In this document: positions 12,141 to 24,329 of the stretch, one piece after another
Position numbering within the stretch: the first letter of the stretch is position 1
How the letters are laid out: the number at the start of each line of letters is the position of its first letter
Assembly: GCA_964016885.1 (NCBI GenBank)
Contig: OZ024743.1
Location: forward strand, 72,168,001 to 72,232,000
Length of the DNA: 64,000 nt
From: Eledone cirrhosa
Lineage: Eukaryota
Direction: 5' to 3'
Notes under the pieces: generated by a model
Told to the model about the DNA's origin: nothing
The model's database searches: none
Seen by the model: only the letters and a program-made list of their open reading frames with translations
Made by a program: the position numbers and the translations under genes

Positions 12141-12656
12141 TATATATATATATATATATAATAAATCAGGAAAGAAGAGTGACACGGTTTGCTATACAAA
12201 AAAGATATACAAGAAAAATATTTGTTTTTCCTTTTTTTTTTTTTTCGTCTCTCTCTCTTTTTTCTAAGTTCGAAAATGATTAAAACGAAATGTTTTACTT
12301 TGTGTGAAGTGTTAAGGTATTAGTTGTTTTATTTATTATTTAACAATGGCATTTATTTATCTATTTATATATTTAATTATTGTCTATTACCGGTTTCTTC
12401 ATTTATATGCATTATCAAATGATAGTGAAATATATTAGTGTGGTGTCTCACATGTTAAACAGAAGGTGCAGAAAGAATAATTTTATATGCAAACAAGGTT
12501 TAAGAAGTGAAAAGAAAAAAGAAAAAGGAAAAAAAAACGTGAACAATGTGGAACGTAAAAAGTCAATGTGGAAGAAAAGTTAATGTTATTTACAAGCACA
12601 GTTATTGAAGTTAAGCAATTCAAAATGTGTTAATCCTCATAATCGTCTCTTTCTCC

Positions 12657-12697
<41 letters not shown>

Positions 12698-12700
12698 AAA

Positions 12701-12789
12701 TGATCTCCGGCCGTTTCGACAGCTAGATCCCAACTAACCCACAAGTATTAGAACGGCGGGGGAATCTACCTGAAATTATCAAGGGGTAC
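12701..12789 (-). ncRNA. Hammerhead with U3-A8 core, 3'-truncated
   Basis: Minus: GTACCCC-TTGATAA-tttCAGgTAGATTCC...GGGATCTAgCTGtc-GAAA-CGGCcggaga. The cleavage-site half is lost next to (TA)n. Confidence 0.55.
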
Positions 12790-12863
12790 AGTCCATATAT
12801 GGGCATGCAGTCAAAACAAAAGAAGCAGAAGTATCTCAGCAAAAAATCCCCCAGAATTGTTGT

Positions 12864-12909
<46 letters not shown>

Positions 12910-14164
12910 AATATTTTATAGCGGTTGGTCGCGAAGAAATTGCTGTCGTTTATTTATCTACTATTTCTTCATAGGTGCCTTTTAATCTTATAGCCTGGTC
13001 TAATTGATTTTTTGTGTGGTTAATTATGCTAATTGGGAGTGGAAATGGTGTATATATCTTATCAAATGATTCTATTGACATACTTTATAGTATATATATA
13101 TATAATTAAAAAGTCATTCGTTGAGCATTTGGACATTGCTTGTCTTTCGGCTCGGCTTAGAAGTGTTTGGTAGAATTCGCGAGTAAACGTGGGTATTACT
13201 TGACAGGGAATGCGACCTGAACGCTTCCACCTTGATGCGGAGAGGAGGACCATACGATGCAGCACTCCCTTGTTTTCCCTCTACTACCAAAACAGTGCAG
13301 CTTAACAGATCTCGCAGCATTTAATAATAATGCAAAGGACTGTGTAAAGAAATCGGAAACTGTCATATAACGACATGCTTCGAAGATATGAAAAGAAGAA
13401 GATTAAAAAGTGAAGATGAATATGCAAAGAAATACATTTAATAATCGTATTGTTCTATGGTGTGTGAATTGCTGCACTGAAATTACCTCAAGCTAATACC
13501 AGAAACGAGGAAAAGTGTAAGGTGAACTATGTGTATTTCTTTAACACAAACCTCAACTCTATAAGACTTCATTGACCTGACGTTATATACAATAGGTGTG
13601 GTATAATTATACTAGTATTTATTTATATACTCCCTACTTGTTTTAATATTATCTCGTATGATCTTGATATAACACGGATCGATACATATCTATTAATTTT
13701 AACCACATAATTTTCTGTTTAGATTAGTTTATAATGCGTATTTTCAGTGACAATAACCTATAGAAAGACAGCAATCACGATAGAAACTAAAACAACTTAC
13801 AGAAGCCGAAACAACACCAAAATATAACAATAACAACAGTTACTTCAACAATATTATCATAGTTTTACAATCATATAAATTATTCTCCCTCTGGTATTCT
13901 TAGATTTGTGTTTGCGTCTTATGATTTCTTTCAATTTATTCTGGTTCTTCTTTCATATAATATAATTTCTTAATTAATAACATTCTATCAGATCGTCATT
14001 TAATCTATTCAAGGTTAGGAACAGTTCATTTCACAATTATAAAATCGATCAGCCAGATTTTATCATGTGCCAATTAATATTTTAATTAATCCTAATATTT
14101 TGCATCGAAGTTTTCATGTATGTTTCTTTAACAAACTCTTAAATACCACTACCCCTACTACATA

Positions 14165-14420
14165 AATCCCCACCACCATCAGCGTGATCATCAATACTGT
14201 CATAGTTATCATCACTGTCAACACCATTACCACCACTACTATCATCATCACCATCAACACTAATATCATCCCCAACATCATCATTATGATCAACATCACC
14301 GCCACCATCACCACCACCATCATCAATCATCACCACCACCCTCATTACCAACAACCCGACCACTAGCACCACTATTGTCATCATCATCTTCATCATCCTT
14401 AATATCATGATTGTCATCGT
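14165..14420. repeat. Degenerate (CAT/CAC)n trinucleotide tract
   Basis: Directly visible. Confidence 0.85.
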
Positions 14421-14901
14421 TTCTGGGTCGTTGTTCATGTACTGACCATTTGAACAGTATAATTCACGTGACACTTGTCTGGTACCAAGTCATACCTCAT
14501 TCAACAAATATAGACGATAATGTCTAGAATGTCTAGATTCTAGACATTCTAGACTCTAGAAGATATTAATTACATTGCCCAAACAATTTATTTCAATAAA
14601 TGTTATAAAGGTTAACAGGTGCCACTAAGCGAGGATTATGAAATAAATATATAACCACAGGTGAACAATTCAATGTGTTAAATTTAATCTTACAGAACCT
14701 GATTATGAAGAGGTATCTACCTGTGGTCATTTTCACTTTAAATGAAATTATATATATATATATATACATATATATAAATGTATATATAGTGTATTTTGCA
14801 ATACACTGCATGCTTAATTAAAAGCATTTTGAAGACCTTACGCTACTGTTTTAAAGTAGTGAATATGGCACTTACTTCTATTTTCAGCAAACAAGGCGAG
14901 A

Positions 14902-14950
14902 TAAGCTGACAGAGCTCTGTTTCGTACTGTTGGTACTTATCAAAATCTAG
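14902..14950 (-). ncRNA. Minimal type I hammerhead with U3-A8 core
   Basis: Minus: TAGATT-TTGATAA-GTAC-caaca-GTAC-GAAA-CAGAGCTCTG-TC-AGCTTA. Perfect stem II, palindromic stem III, GUC site. An inverted partial copy at ~15035-15075 shows the stem I arm TAGGCT. Confidence 0.7.
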
Positions 14951-15400
14951 CACTCCTCCTGTCCTCCTGTTTGCTGAAAATTATTAATGTTGGATTCTTA
15001 TAGAATTCCAGTAATAATCAGGAATAATCAGAAATTCAGCAAACAGGAGGAGTGTTAGGCTTTGATATTTACCAATGGGTGGGGTTTTCTGTGTGTGTGT
15101 ATCGAAGTGGAGAAATTGATTGAGTGAGTGGTTTCAATATATCAGAATGTCGTATGAAGAGAATTGTGGAGTTTTGGTTTGTGTGTGTGTATGTGACGTT
15201 TTGATTGGATATAACTTATGTTCGTGTATGTGCCAGTATATACATACACATACATATACACAGACACATACATACACACACACATATATATATATATTAA
15301 TAAAAGGAATTCCAACTTTGTCTTATTTACTCGTTTTATTTACAATTCATTAAAATTATAATGAAATAGTATGGTAGAATATTAAATGTTAAGTGTTAAT

Positions 15401-15439
15401 TGAACAAGTACTTTCATGTTTTCGCAATCTTCAGGTTCA
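15401..15439 (-). ncRNA. Minimal type I hammerhead (left palindrome arm)
   Basis: Minus: TGAAC-CTGAAGA-tTGcgaaaaCAt-GAAA-GTAC-TT-GTTCA. Perfect 5-bp stem I and palindromic AAGTACTT. Confidence 0.65.
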
Positions 15440-15512
15440 TATTCAGTGGTGACAGTCAATTTTGCAATTTTCAACAGTTGAAAATTGCAAACTTGTCTGT
15501 CACAACAGAATA

Positions 15513-15551
15513 TGAACCTGAGGATTGCGAAAGCATGAAAGTACTTATTCA
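15513..15551 (+). ncRNA. Minimal type I hammerhead (right palindrome arm)
   Basis: TGAAC-CTGAGGA-tTGC-GAAA-GCAt-GAAA-GTAC-TT-ATTCA; stem II is capped by a GNRA loop. Confidence 0.65.
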
Positions 15552-15881
15552 ATTAATACTTAACATTTAATATTCTACCATACTATTTCATTATAATATC
15601 ATTATCATTTTAAAGGATTGTAAATAAAACGAGTAAATCAGACAAAGTTGGAATTCCTTTTATTAATATAAGCTTCTATACACAATCATACACACCCGTG
15701 CATATTTATATATATATATATATATTATATATATATATATATGACAAGTAAAATATGTTTTGAAACAGTGAGCAGGTTTGAAATTAGAAAATAGAATAGT
15801 TTGACCGTATTTTGTGACTAAAGAAATTTTAGTCTGATAATGGGGTTTAGAACCCTCAGATAAATGGAAAAAGATGAGTAT

Positions 15882-15953
15882 TGACGTACATGGGAGTCGA
15901 ACCCACATCTTTGGTTATCCAGACCACTGTGCTACCATTTACACCAACACATC
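15882..15953 (-). tRNA. 72-nt tRNA-like cloverleaf with anticodon GGA (atypical; probably a repeat-borne tRNA derivative)
   Basis: GATGTGT TG GTGT-AAATGGTA-GCAC A GTGGT-CTGGATA-ACCAA AGAT GTGGG-TTCGACT-CCCAT GTACGTC A, followed ~10 nt later by TTTTT. A second inverted copy at 16135-16198 lacks the 5' acceptor strand. Confidence 0.55.
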
Positions 15954-16647
15954 ACCATCTCTTTCCATTCAAATTAGAAGCTACCTTCTTAGTGAGTACA
16001 AATGACAAGTAAAATATATTTTGAAACTGAGCAGGTTTGAAATTAGAAAATAGAATAGCTTTCACCGTATTTTGTGACTAAAGAAATTTTAGTCTGATAA
16101 TGGGGTGTAGAAACCTCAGATAAATGGAAAAAGATGGTGTAAATGGTAGCACAGTGGTCTGGATAACCAAAAATGTGGATTCGACTCCCATGTACGCCAA
16201 TACTCATCTTTTTCCATTTATCTGAGGGTTCTAAACCCCATTATCAGGCTAAAATGTCTAAAAGAAAAGTATACAAAGGTATACATTGGTCTGTAGATGG
16301 AAAAATACATGGGATGTTACGTAATGGAGTGCGTGGAGAATATGCAAATACCACTGAAAAGATACACATGCAGGGCGTGCGTCTACAGGCCATAATGGAG
16401 CATGTCACTGTGGGTGGGATAGAGTGCCTTATTGATGTATGGTACGGGACTGAATATCCGTGGAAGTTGAGCCACCGTGTCCCGGCTCATGCGATGTCGT
16501 TGCCTAGGATGACGTGCCGAGTCTCATAGGCAGCATAGCTTGCGTCGACTTACCCCACAGGCCATACATATTCAACAAGGTATGGTGTCTGGTCCCTTGG
16601 ACCCACGCCGCCGCTCGGACCGGCGTACGCTTCCCCGCATGCCTTTA

Positions 16648-16825
16648 GCTTGGGCTGTTCTGTTGCATCCGTGAGGACAATGTGCACCTTCTCTGGAGTC
16701 TGCACGTCCTGATAATCTCCGATTTCAGGTTGACCGCATCATCCTTCAATCTGATTATCTCCATGGCCTCGGATAGGCACAGCCTACACTTCCTGTTTCC
16801 AGCCGAATATGCATTTGCATGTTGA
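16648..16825 (-). pseudogene. PLE GIY-YIG endonuclease C-terminal remnant; its 3' non-coding region continues to ~16255
   Basis: HANAYSAGNRKCRLCLSEAMEIIRLKDDAVNLKSEIIRTCR in ORF 16645..17160. Confidence 0.75.
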
Positions 16826-16883
16826 ACGATACCGTGTGTGTAGACGTGTGTGTGTATAGGTGTGTGTGCGCATGAGGGTGGGT

Positions 16884-16915
<32 letters not shown>

Positions 16916-17399
16916 ATGTGTGTATGTATGCATATGTATGTGCATATATGCATATGTGTGTGTGCGTATATATATATATCTGTCAGTGTATGTGTATGTA
17001 TATGTACGGATGCATACGTGTGTGTGTCTCTGTATATGCGTGCGTATATAAACGCGCGTGTGTATGTGCGTACTTCTATGTGGGCATGTATGCGTATATT
17101 TGTGTGACTATTTATGTGTGTGAACGTAAGCACACAAGCTACTCTGAATGTATCTGTCAATATCTGTGTGTGTGTGTGTGTGTGTGCGAGTGGGAGTGTG
17201 AGCTGACAAACAGCAGTAATTTTGCCGACGGGGCAGTGGGTGAGTGACAGCTCACTCCCTGACGATCAGCGGACTGAATAATGATGACGTCACTAACTAC
17301 TGACCAACCCAAGGACGCGCAAAGCGGATGAAGGTGGACGATATAGGCTTGTAGGGCCAGAAAACCCCAGAATTAGGATATGATCCGAAACCAATAGAC

Positions 17400-17487
17400 G
17401 TGTCCGAGGAACCTGCGAGACTAGTGTCAGAGAGATCCACACATGGATCGCACCTCGAGCTGTTCGCCGGGGAAACAATTGTAGCAC
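17400..17487 (+). ncRNA. Type I hammerhead with C4 core
   Basis: GTGT-CCGAGGA-aCCtGCGA...TCGCcGGg-GAAA-CAATTG-TA-GCAC; palindromic stem III ACAATTGT. Confidence 0.6.
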
Positions 17488-17614
17488 ACAATAAATTGAG
17501 TTCCGATGCAACATTGATTTTTCGTTTTCCATTCTATAATAGTCTGCTCATAGGGGGAGCATAGGGGGCTCAACCGGCATACCGCCTATGGAAGCATCGT
17601 AGCTACCATTAGAC

Positions 17615-18263
17615 ATTTATATATATATATATGTGTGTATGTATATGTGTGTGTATATACGTATATGTGTGTGTGTGTGTATGTATTTGTGTATGCGTAT
17701 GTATGTGTTTATGTATTTGTATATGTATATTTATGTGTGAGAGTGTGTGTATGTATTTATTTTTACGTATGTATGTGTACGTGCATTTGTGTGTATTGCT
17801 TATCACGTGTGTTTGTTCATTTATTTGTTGCCTGTATCGCTGTCAACTTTATAATAGTCTTTATTTTTTATGTCTTTTATTTTTATATATATTTTTTCTC
17901 ATATTTATTTGCGTGTGTGAATATGTAGAGGTGTGTGTATATTTTTCTATTTTTGTGCATGCATATGTATGCATGTATATATGTGTGTATGTATGTGTAT
18001 GTATGTACGTGTGTATATACGTATGATTGTGTGTATGTATGTCTGTATGTATATGTATGTGTGTATGGCTATGTATGTGTATGTGTATACATATATATAT
18101 ATATATTTATATTTCTATATATATATGTATATATATGTGTGTGGTTGTATATATGTATGTGTATGTATAGATATGTTGTTATTTATGTGTGTATGTATGT
18201 ATGTGTAAATGTATGTGTATGTATATATATACACATATATATGTGTATATGTCTGTGTGTATG

Positions 18264-18308
<45 letters not shown>

Positions 18309-18345
18309 ATGTATATAATTGTGTGTGTGTGTGTTTGCATGTGTG
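17615..18345. repeat. Long degenerate (TG/TA)n tract
   Basis: Directly visible; it is the source of many spurious ORFs. Confidence 0.9.
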
Positions 18346-18999
18346 TTTTTATTTTATTTTTCCTTTCCTTCTTCCTTCTCAAGCCTCACTTTCATATAGA
18401 TTGCATTTTTGTTTTTAGAATCCAATATCAATAAATACACCAGGATTTTTTCATTCTGATGATTGAAAGCAAAATTTTTTGCTTTTAAGAAACCACTGGT
18501 AAATGGAATAATTGCCTTATGTTGTTTATTACATAACTATTAAGCTCTGTTACCTACAGAGAGCACTCTTTTTTTCCTGGACTTTTCCGACGGAATTACT
18601 TCATTCATACATATATATATATTTATTTATTAAAATAACAGATTAAATTTTAAGCAAATAATCGCTGCTTTCACCCTTAACGGGATCTTCTGAAACTAAA
18701 AAAATCAATCTGTGAACGCAGAAGTAAATATTTTGGAAAATGTTGCAACCGAAGGACGACAGGAAGACGATACTTTGGTTCGTTGAAACGTTCCTTGGCA
18801 AAGAGCGAAAAAAAAACGAAGATAATACGTCATTATTTGGAGCGGTGAAAACAATTACACGCAAAGACAAAACCACGTTTATGGTATAAAAGAAGTCGTA
18901 GACTAATATTTACTCTACGGTTCTTATATATTTGATATATATTTATCCTTATCGAGCCCTCTTTGGATTTTACTCTTCAAATTTATTATTATTACTATA

Positions 19000-19527
19000 T
19001 ATATATATATATATATATAAAATTGTATTCCTGTCTGTTTGTTTATTTGTTTGTTTGTTCACGAACTCCTATGGTTTTGGATATAGACCCCCATAACCAT
19101 ATATATTCTGAAACTACATTGCCCCGGGTACTTGGATAAGTATATTTCATTTTAATCAAAAGGTTTGCCGGGAGCACAAACTCCCACTGAAAATCCCCTG
19201 AAAATTTATCACTTCGATTTATATGAAATTTAAACCATAGGTAAATGATAAGTTATGATGCCTATTCACAAACGATTTGAATTGATATTTAAAAAAAAAA
19301 TATTTACAAGAAACACAATAAGAATAAGATTTAATAATGTAATTCTGATTTGATATATTAAAGGAAATAATGTTTTCCAATTTTTCATGCATTACATTTT
19401 ACATTGAGTGATATTGAGATGCAGAATTTTTCCCCATAAAATATATCACTGATTTAAATCAATCATCATTTTCTCACAAAAAAGAAAAAAATGTGTGAAA
19501 CGCAGGAAGGCGCGAGTAATTCGATTA

Positions 19528-19528
<1 letters not shown>
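19000..19528 (+). mobile_element. Probable non-autonomous Helitron
   Basis: Starts (TA)nAAAATTGTATTCCTGTCTGTTTGTTT and ends with a GC-rich imperfect hairpin CGCAGGAAGGCGCG followed by TTAG|T (degenerate CTAG). Confidence 0.45.
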
Positions 19529-19587
<59 letters not shown>

Positions 19588-19590
<3 letters not shown>

Positions 19591-20050
19591 AGTCGTTTGG
19601 AAGCCTCGACAATGCAAATGGGTAAATCTCCGGGTAACAAGGTGCGGTGGTAAAAATAAGAATAACAACACAAGAGAGAGTTACCTTGGGAGAGATTTAA
19701 TAGTCCCTATATATTTCGGATTCACATCCATCAAGTGGGTTTTTTTTTCCGGGGTGGGGGAAAAGGTTGTCTGTCGGACAATCCGGAACGCGTAGCCAGC
19801 GTTGGCCCATTTCTCCGACAGTCTAAACAGTTCCCTTACGGATGCAAACAATTCCTGGCTCAGGTGTAAGGATAAGGGAAAAAAGAAAGAAAAAAAAACC
19901 CAGTTGATGGATGTGAATCCGAAATATATAGGGACTATTAAATCTCTCCCAAGGTAACTCTCTCTTGTGTTGTTATTCTTATTTTTACCACCGCACCTTG
20001 TTACCCGGAGATTTACCCATTTGCATTGTCGAGGCTTCCAAACGACTTAA
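19588..20050. repeat. Inverted repeat with ~160-bp near-identical arms (PLE-terminus-like)
   Basis: 19588-19748 is the reverse complement of ~19891-20050. The right arm contains atcc-GAAA-TATA-TA-gggact, a possible hammerhead 3' half without an intact core. Confidence 0.85.
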
Positions 20051-20335
20051 ATGTATTTACTTATTGTTCCACAATGCTTCAAGCAAACTTTTATATATAT
20101 ACTTCCTTCGAAAGTGTAAACAAAGATGTTTTATGTGCAATATGACGGTGAGGTTATTAAACCTTTTCGTCCATGCCAAGTCTGTAGGAGTATATTTCTA
20201 AATTTTGTTGGAATCTACAACAAAAGCTGTTCTTCCTAGTCATCTCATTCTTCTTTTATCATTTGTTATTTATTCTAGCACAATGGTTACAACTAATAAA
20301 TCTTTCGATGATGTTGTATTATTTATATTATCTTA

Positions 20336-20730
20336 GGGCGGTGGATTGGTAGTATCGGTAGATTGTGGTACTTTCAAGCATTGTGTTACGGTCCTTTATG
20401 ATCTGAGTTCAAATCCCGTCGAGGTTAACTTTGCTTTCATCCTTACGGGGTCGGTAAAAAAAGTACCAGTCACACACTGGGGTCGATTTAATCCACTTTC
20501 CCCACCTCCCTAATTGCAGGCCTTGTGTCTATATAAGAAATCATTATTTATATTTGGCAGTATCGGTAGAGTGTCGGACATGCTTTCCAGCATAGTTATT
20601 TCCCTTTACGATCTGAGTTCAAATCCCGCCGAGGTTAACTTTGGCTTTCATCCTTACGGGGTCGATAAAATAAAGTACCAGGATTGTACTGGGTAATTGT
20701 TGGCCTTGTGCCAAAAGTAGAAACAATTAT
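20336..20730 (+). mobile_element. Two adjacent SINE-A-type copies (first with a longer 3' region)
   Basis: Copies at ~20336-20545 and ~20556-20730, each with GAGTTCAAATCCC and the conserved core. Confidence 0.85.
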
Positions 20731-23294
20731 TTATATGTATCTTAATATATATCTGTGACCATGAATGTTCTGACAACGTTCTATTACCTTTCTGTTGTAG
20801 ATACATCTGTTTATGATGATTGCGCATGTCATCCCGTCTGTAAATATTGTTTGTGAAATGCATGCTGTTAAGCCTGGGATTTTAATTCATTTCATGGTTA
20901 CACGAAACATTACGAATTTCTTTGTTTATTGTATAATCCACCAAAATCTGACGCATGTAAAACTATTGTAAACTTGGTGTCAAACATATTTGATATAATG
21001 AATCGAAACCACTGGAAGTCCTATAACTATTTCAGCCAGTTGTTAATGACAACAGCAGTAGCTGCTGGTCCCTGCAATCAGCAGTAGCCTGTCCACCGTC
21101 ATATGTCGAATAATCATCGCTTTGGTGTGACTTGTTCAGTCCTTGATGTTGTAGGACGAGGGTTATTTTTGTTTTTCTCTCCTTCACCCTCTCCCAGTTA
21201 TGCCCTGGTTTTACACAGTGAGTTGTGACGTATAATTGCAAGGAAAATTGTTTGTCTTGCATATTGGGCATTTAAATTTAATTAGAAATAGATTTACAAC
21301 GCGGAAAATTAATAGTTAATCAATGAAACTTTAATTGAATTCTGCCAGGAAATCTCTAAGACAATTCAGTCCATGTTTCTGCTTCCTTCATGTTTCTTAA
21401 ATTAATCATATTATATGTCAATAATTACTCTTTTGATATGATGTATAGTTTATTAACGTTCGATATTGATGTTTTCCTTTCCTTATACATGTGTTAGTTG
21501 TTGCTAGGTAGTAGTATCAGGCTAGTTCTGACTGAGTAAAATTGGTCTCTGTATCGTTTCAGCCGCTATTAACTCGAGTTTGTTAAGAAAGAGTGTATCA
21601 AAGATTAACATAACTATGTTTAAGGTGGTAGGAACTCATTGACATTTAGGTTCTATATCCAGTTAATGGAATGGCGTTATAAATATTTAGGCATCGAATT
21701 GCATGTATTTGTGTGTACTGCTGGTTTGCCCTTTCTTTTGAAATTGTCCCTTTCTCAGCTTGTTTAGATCCGTGACTTTCACCTTTTTTTCTGTGCTTCA
21801 GATTATTATATACAGGATATATGTATCCATTATATCATTGCACTTACACACTGGCATGGTAATGTTCAGCAAGATTATGTTGTTATATGTAAAACGTACA
21901 TGGAACACGTAAAAATGTTAACTAGGTTTCGATGAAATAATCTGGGAATGTTTAACATGGGAGCGGTTTTGGAATGTGTAAGCCGTAGGTAGTGCAAGCT
22001 TCACGTGATAGATTTAGAATAATATCCATTCCATTAATATTGTAACCGTGAGAAGAAGAAAAGTAATAATTCTTTTTAATATTGGCACAACATCGGAAGA
22101 AGAAAAGTACATGTTTGATCGGATTGGACTTGATAGTTAAGTGATCTTCATTGCCCTATAAACACCTTAGCTAGTACGTAATATTAGCTAGCTAAATTCC
22201 GTATTCATTGGGCAATAAACTACGCATACACCACAACTAAGAGTTGAGATATAAAACTATACATTTATCTCTTTTTCAACGTTTATAGATATACTGCATG
22301 TTTGAACTGTGCAGACAGTAATTCAACCAGATCATTTTAAATGCAGCTCATTAGGAATAAAATAACTTCAAATATGAAAGTAAATTAAAGTAAAGCAATC
22401 AATATCTATAACTAAAGTTAACATGAAAGCAATGTTAAGACATTAACTGCACAATTCATAACAAAATAGATATTTGGTTGAATATAATACATTTTTCAGT
22501 CTAAATTAGAATTTAATTTAGAATGAATCTGGTTAAATGATATCACAGAATGTAATAGAGTAAGGAAGAGTAGTCCGACATCAGAGAATCCTTCCAATTC
22601 CATTGACACTATCTATGTACGGTCACATAACTCCTGATGGAAGTATAGGGTTGTCGTCGTAATATACGGCATATCTTGTGTATTTGAAACATGGTGAAAC
22701 ACATCTGCTCCCCTTGTCTCAACACAGCCGATTTGTTCCAGAGAGTGAGGTGGTAGAGAGGGAGTGGTAGAAAGGGAATGGTATAGTGGAGTTGGTAGTA
22801 AGAGAGTGAGGTAGAGAGTGAGAGGGTAGAGAAGAAAAAGTTACAGCAGTACTGGTCTGGTCTGGTCTGGACTGGTCTGGACTGGACTGAATTGGACTGG
22901 TACATTTTATCACATTCGAAAGTATGAAAAGAAATGTTGACATCGGTGAGTGTGCAGAGAGCCCGGAAGAATAATGTAAACAATTCTAACCAACGTTGTA
23001 ACAGCTCTCCATATCCACCACCATCAGAAATGTTTTAATTGAAAAACTAAATATTTCAGGAACAATAAAGCTAAATTGAGGTAATGTACTAAAATAATTA
23101 TAATTCCACTGGTTTTCTTGAAGTCATCAGAGGTGAAAATAAAATAATCAATAAATGTAATACTGCCCTCTTAAGTACGTTATCGGCTTATAGTAAACAC
23201 ACAACACACATACACATACAGACAGACACACTCACACACTTACAACAACAAACATGTGAAAACATGGGCCTGCGTATGTTTGTCTGTATGTATG

Positions 23295-23361
<67 letters not shown>

Positions 23362-24329
23362 TAGCTGACGTACCCAGCTTCGCCCGGGTAAACAGATGAT
23401 AAGAGAAGACAGGTAAAATAGAAAATGACTGTATTGGATGTTTGTCTGGTTACAGTATGAGGCGAGTCCGTGGTGTCTGTGTGATACAAAAAACAGTAAA
23501 AAAATAATCTTCCAAATATACCAGATTCTTCGTTGTACCGTGTGTGCATAGTATATGGACAATTCTAGGTGCTCCCACCTAGAATAGTGACCTCTAGGAG
23601 ATGGTTCATCTTCTGTCTGACTGTAAAACATGTATCATTGCATAGACGTGGTTGTTCCACGTTTCTCAAAAGGATGATGGAAGTTCCAATCTTTTAAATT
23701 ATATGTAGATATAGATATAAATAATTAATATATATGATGTTCGTCAATGTAAAAAAGGTCCCTATTTACTTGAAATGGTTTATACAAATGCCAAATTAAT
23801 ATGGATATGGATAACATACTTATCTATAAGTGGTCAGCTATAATAATAAAACAACAAATTATATGACACAAACATTTATTCAGTAATTTCCAGGCTCTTA
23901 GCCACTGAGTAATAGACAGTCAATGTTGCCCAGAGTTCAACTCGGGGAGGTGGCCTGGTTTGAACTCCAAATAGCGGATCCTTCTACTTCGAAAATAGAA
24001 TCGTTTTTCAATATTATTCTAGCCCTGGCCGGCCATAGGACCCAACCTTTTTGCCAGAATCAGCATATGATGAGGTTTTATTACCACCGCAATCAGAAGA
24101 GATAAATTTGAAGGCAATTTCTACCAATACTTGTTGGTTTTATTGCTCATTATCGACAATAAATGACATTGAACATAATGATAACTCTGTCAAAGCTCAC
24201 AATACTGATCAAAGGACACCAATGTCCAAATCATTTACGTCGCTTATTGATAGCATTAAAGATATGCATACATCAGCTCAAAGCTTCATTATAGACAATA
24301 TTCAGGGTTGTTCCTCTGATAGTGGTATC

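Larger units (their letters stand above)
15290..15670. repeat. ~380-bp near-perfect palindrome centred at ~15476
   Basis: aaaggaattccaactttgtc...gcaattttcaac | a | gttgaaaattgc...gacaaagttggaattccttt, flanked by (TA)n. Confidence 0.9.

Noticed and set aside
14114-14474. Met/Val-, Asp/Gly- and Ile/Thr-rich ORFs
   Set aside because: They are readings of a degenerate (CAT/CAC)n tract.
15882-15953. Functional tRNA-Ser(GGA)
   Set aside because: It has a short variable arm, U at position 37 and a mismatch in the anticodon stem, and sits in a rearranged repeat. Kept only as tRNA-like.
17258-17295. CTGACGA-TCAG-cgga-CTGA hairpin
   Set aside because: It is followed by ATAA rather than GAAA and has no stem I partner.
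18450-18480. CTGATGA-TT-GAAA
   Set aside because: No stem II or stem I/III pairing; likely chance.
19830-19940. Possible hammerhead ending atcc-GAAA-TATA-TA-gggact
   Set aside because: The upstream core reads CTTACGG, too degenerate to call. The similar trace at 54895-54955(-) was also not called.
20654-22983. ORFs 20654..20863, 21032..21271 and 22609..22983 as host exons
   Set aside because: No recognisable homology or consistent splice phase; they partly overlap SINE or simple repeats.
23105-23135. Minus-strand CTGATGA
   Set aside because: No GAAA box or closing stems in register.
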